DNA of 64,000 nucleotides, the filler included, from Rhizaria sp. SCN 62-66 (Eukaryota), in the NCBI GenBank assembly GCA_001724265.1. It is 3 parts of 3 records of this genome, joined end to end, with 100 filler letters (N's around TTAATTAATTAA, not from the genome) between each part and the next. Parts side by side here need not be neighbours in the genome. Positions count along the whole stretch, not along the records: positions 46,791 to 64,000 come from MEDY01000483.1; 2 more parts are not named here. One strand, given 5' to 3'. Positions 61,001 through 64,000 of this stretch are shown here, piece by piece. The number at the start of each line of letters is the position of its first letter. Position 1 is the stretch's first letter. Under the pieces are notes generated by a model. It had not been told where the DNA came from, searched no databases, and was given only the letters and a program-made list of their open reading frames with translations. The translations under genes and the position numbers were made by a program.

Positions 61001-64000
61001 GAACGCGAAAAAGGAGGTAAATATGTGATCGTGACAGGACTATTATTGACAAGTGTCTTGAGGGTTAACGACCAAGGGTACGATTCTGATGTGATTGGTG
61101 TTGGCATAGATGTGATTGCTGCAGTCTGCAGTCCTGTAGCTAGTGTGGGTCCACTCCATGTGGGGGCCGAGTTGTCTGCAGCCCAAAGCTTATTATTAGG
61201 ATTTTGAGGCACAACTTGATGAGAACAAGCGATGCCGGCTTGAAGCTCTTGCGTAACATTCATAATTGGATTCATTACATTTTCAACCACGACCTCCCAC
61301 GTCCCCGTAGTTGCTGTCATTGCTGCAGTACCAGTAAAAGTCATCCGGTGCGCTTGCTTTGTGATTGCAGTTACAGTGCGGGACACCGTTACAGGGTTGG
61401 TGGTGATGATAACACGGGTAGTACTGGAAAACGAGGTCGACTGCGGCCCCCACACTGTGCACACAGGCAGCGTTGGGTGAGCAAATCCCTCAAAGGCAAA
61501 CGTGAACGTCCAGTTAGCCAGCACACCGCCACCAAGCTTGCTGGGCGAGAACATGACCGGCGTCTCTTCAACCATGCGCAGGAACTGCACTACATTGGTC
61601 GGGGAAGTGCGTGTTGTGCCCATCACCGCAAGGTGCGTGCCGTGTGGCGAATATGCCATTGACGCAACTGAGCGCAACCCAGCATCGTGCATGAAATAGC
61701 GGGACGTGTCAACACTAAGGGAGAGCAAGTCCAACCTGTCCGCCTTGGTGAGATCACGGGTAGGCTCAGCTGGCACGTGCACCATGCAGCCTACAGTTTG
61801 GTCTCCACGCAAAAGGTAGCGGCCAAGGTCGTCACTGTGCAAAACACGAATGTTAACCAGAGCTCCAGAAACGCATGCTGCACTCAGTATTCGGCCTGAG
61901 GGATGTACAGCAAGCGCAGCAACAGGGCAAACCGTAGAGACGCTGGGCACGTAGTTGACAGTGAGAGTGACGACACCAGTTAAGGATGATAGCTTCAAGG
62001 CAACAATCACACTCTCTTCAGTTCCAATGTATGCAACCCCACTGGAGGCGGCAAACGCTACTGAGGTGGGCTTAAGCACAGTGCCATCCCTGCTGGTAAC
62101 CCAGTGGGTCGTGGCACCATCACTCTGGAAGCAGGAAAAGCGTGCACTCTCAGGCGTTAATGACGCTGAGCCGCGGTTTGCGGTTGCGGAGCTCTCGCGA
62201 AGGTCGGCAACGCACGCGCGCACAAGGCCGGAGGCGTAGACAAACACAACACGCGTTGTAGGATGCGAAAAGTTGGTGAGCGCAGTGGGTGCCGTCCAGT
62301 CAAACGTGGCGACAATGAGATCACCAGCAGCGCTACCGGGGAACTTAATTGGCGAGTCCATGCGCTTGTAAAGCTCATTAGTGAGCACGTTGTCAATGCC
62401 TGAAGCACGCGCTGTACGAGGATTCATGCGTGTAAGCATCACAACTTCGTAGGCATCGTTGTACACAATTACTAGTCCTCCAGTAAGCTCAGCAGATGTT
62501 ACAATGTGCATGTGAGCAGTCCCCGTTATACCAAGCCTGTATGCAAACATGTCAGGATCAAACGGTAAATCTACGAAGCTAAACAGTGCGTTTGCTGCAG
62601 GCGGGCCTAACGTAGGGTCTGGAGCTACAAGTCGCAGGGCACTTGCCCTAGATCCAGTTTTAGTTTCCGGAACAATGCTAACTAGCGTTCCCTGAGGCCC
62701 AAAGGCCGAAGGCATTGCTATATTGGGCGCTGTTGCGGTGTTGCGCGCAGCAATCCAGTCACCTGTAATGGCATTACTGCGGTGCGTAAAGCGGTAGCAA
62801 CCAGAAAAGTCCCAAGCAAAGGCGTAGCACAAAGCATCCTCCGAATTGGCATACCAGCTCACCTGACCAGGTCCCCAGCTCGGCAAGTGCGCGCCGAGAG
62901 GAGCGCGGTGCGAGTAGCCAAAATATCCTGCGGGATTAATAGCAGGCCGCGCGTAGCTATAAGGTTGTGAGGGAGCTGCCATTGCGCCACGAGTCATGCT
63001 CATCAAGCTATATGGGCTGCTACCTGTCTGAGCAGTTGCTTGAAGGTCCGCTGATGTAATCAATTTAACATCAAGAGCAAGTTGTAATAGCAGCGGCGTA
63101 TTTGAAGCAACGTTGGTGACTGCGGAGCCACGCGGGACACACGAAACACTCCCGACAATTCCAGGTGTGCATAAAACCGACAGAGACCAGTTAGCGTTTG
63201 TGGCATACATCACGACAGTTTGTTGCGCAATAGTGGCATACCTCAGCGTAAGAGTCCAGGTTGAAGCTGTGTGTAGTGCATCAGGCGATGTGAACCACAC
63301 GCGCCACGTTGTCACAATGCCACGGCCTAACATAGGATCTGTAATATGACTGCCAATAAGTGTGGGCACAATGCCACCAAACCAGCTCTTTTCAGTTAGA
63401 ATGACATCTGTTGCAGCCACAAAACCAGCAACTCCACTGAGAGCAGTAACCATGCGTAGTGGAGTGCCCAACATAATGTCCGCGCTACCAGTGGTCGCGG
63501 GGTGAACACCAAAAGCAAGTGCTGCTGAATATGGCGAGACGTTGTCCGCCGTGTACCACGGGACAGCCGCCAAAATTGGCACAGTAACAGCAACATATTT
63601 ACAGCAGAGGTGCTAAGGAGCGCTTGAGCAAGCGAGCTTCCGTTATATAGCGAGCCACTACGGGCGAGTGTGGAGATAAAGATGCTACTGGCAAACGACG
63701 GCAAATGCGTTGAAGCCGCGCGTGTGTACTGCACCTTTACGGCAGAAGATGTAATCTCGGTAGCCACAACATTGTTGAGCACAGGCAGTGCCTTGAACGA
63801 GCGCCACTCGGCAGCAACACCAGTCGTTAGAATAAAAGTTTCGCGATCACCCGACGCAAGCAGCGATGGTTGCACAAGCTGCGTGGCATTAGTGCTTTCT
63901 GAGGGAAGCGTCAGCGCGTACGCTGGAGAGTCAACGCCAGCCTCATAAATCCAATCATCAGACACCCGTGATAAAACTGAAACCTTGATCGAGCCGATTG
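49027..64000 (-). CDS. Giant (~5000-codon, 5'-incomplete) cell-surface multi-pass protein: beta-rich/propeller-like region, ~8 Sushi/CCP repeats, Ca-EGF, IPT/TIG, Cys-rich GCC2/GCC3-type repeats, multi-TM C-terminus; 3 in-frame TAGs (59182, 59722, 60211) and a frame change near 63600
   Basis: Track ORFs 60211-63582, 59722-60201, 59182-59670 and 49027-59166 are co-framed and separated only by TAG. Motifs include YSCQPGY...W...P.C, DIDEC...CINTFGSYVC, LTVTGTGF, LHGDNFG, CQPGYYS, CAEGHTGPLCSVCLPGY and FLYRGYKPSRYYW. Stop is TGA. Confidence 0.85.

Overview
This is eukaryotic (protist-like) nuclear DNA, not prokaryotic. It consists of three contigs (1-23394, 23495-46690, 46791-64000) joined by artificial 100-nt N44-TTAATTAATTAA-N44 linkers. 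Contigs 1-2 have very GC-rich coding regions, AT-rich spacers and short GT-AG introns. Recognisable genes there include ALG3, SPB4/DDX55, Fe-SOD, a ferredoxin-like protein, COG6, an importin-alpha-like protein, DcpS, an EDEM3-like GH47 and a SPEF2-like fragment. Contig 3 is visibly less GC-biased and carries tRNA-Glu(CTC) and a ~5000-codon receptor-like gene. The main observation is that TAG behaves as a sense codon. Four genes across all three contigs are broken in the ORF track by 10 in-frame TAG codons, with the frame staying open on both sides, and one TAG splits a GH47 catalytic domain. All 16 gene termini I could assign are TAA (9) or TGA (7), none TAG. This points to a variant nuclear code in which UAG is reassigned (Gln is my best guess, not proven) while UAA and UGA remain stops. 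Family assignments rest on motif recognition by eye; no searches were run, and I cannot identify the organism.
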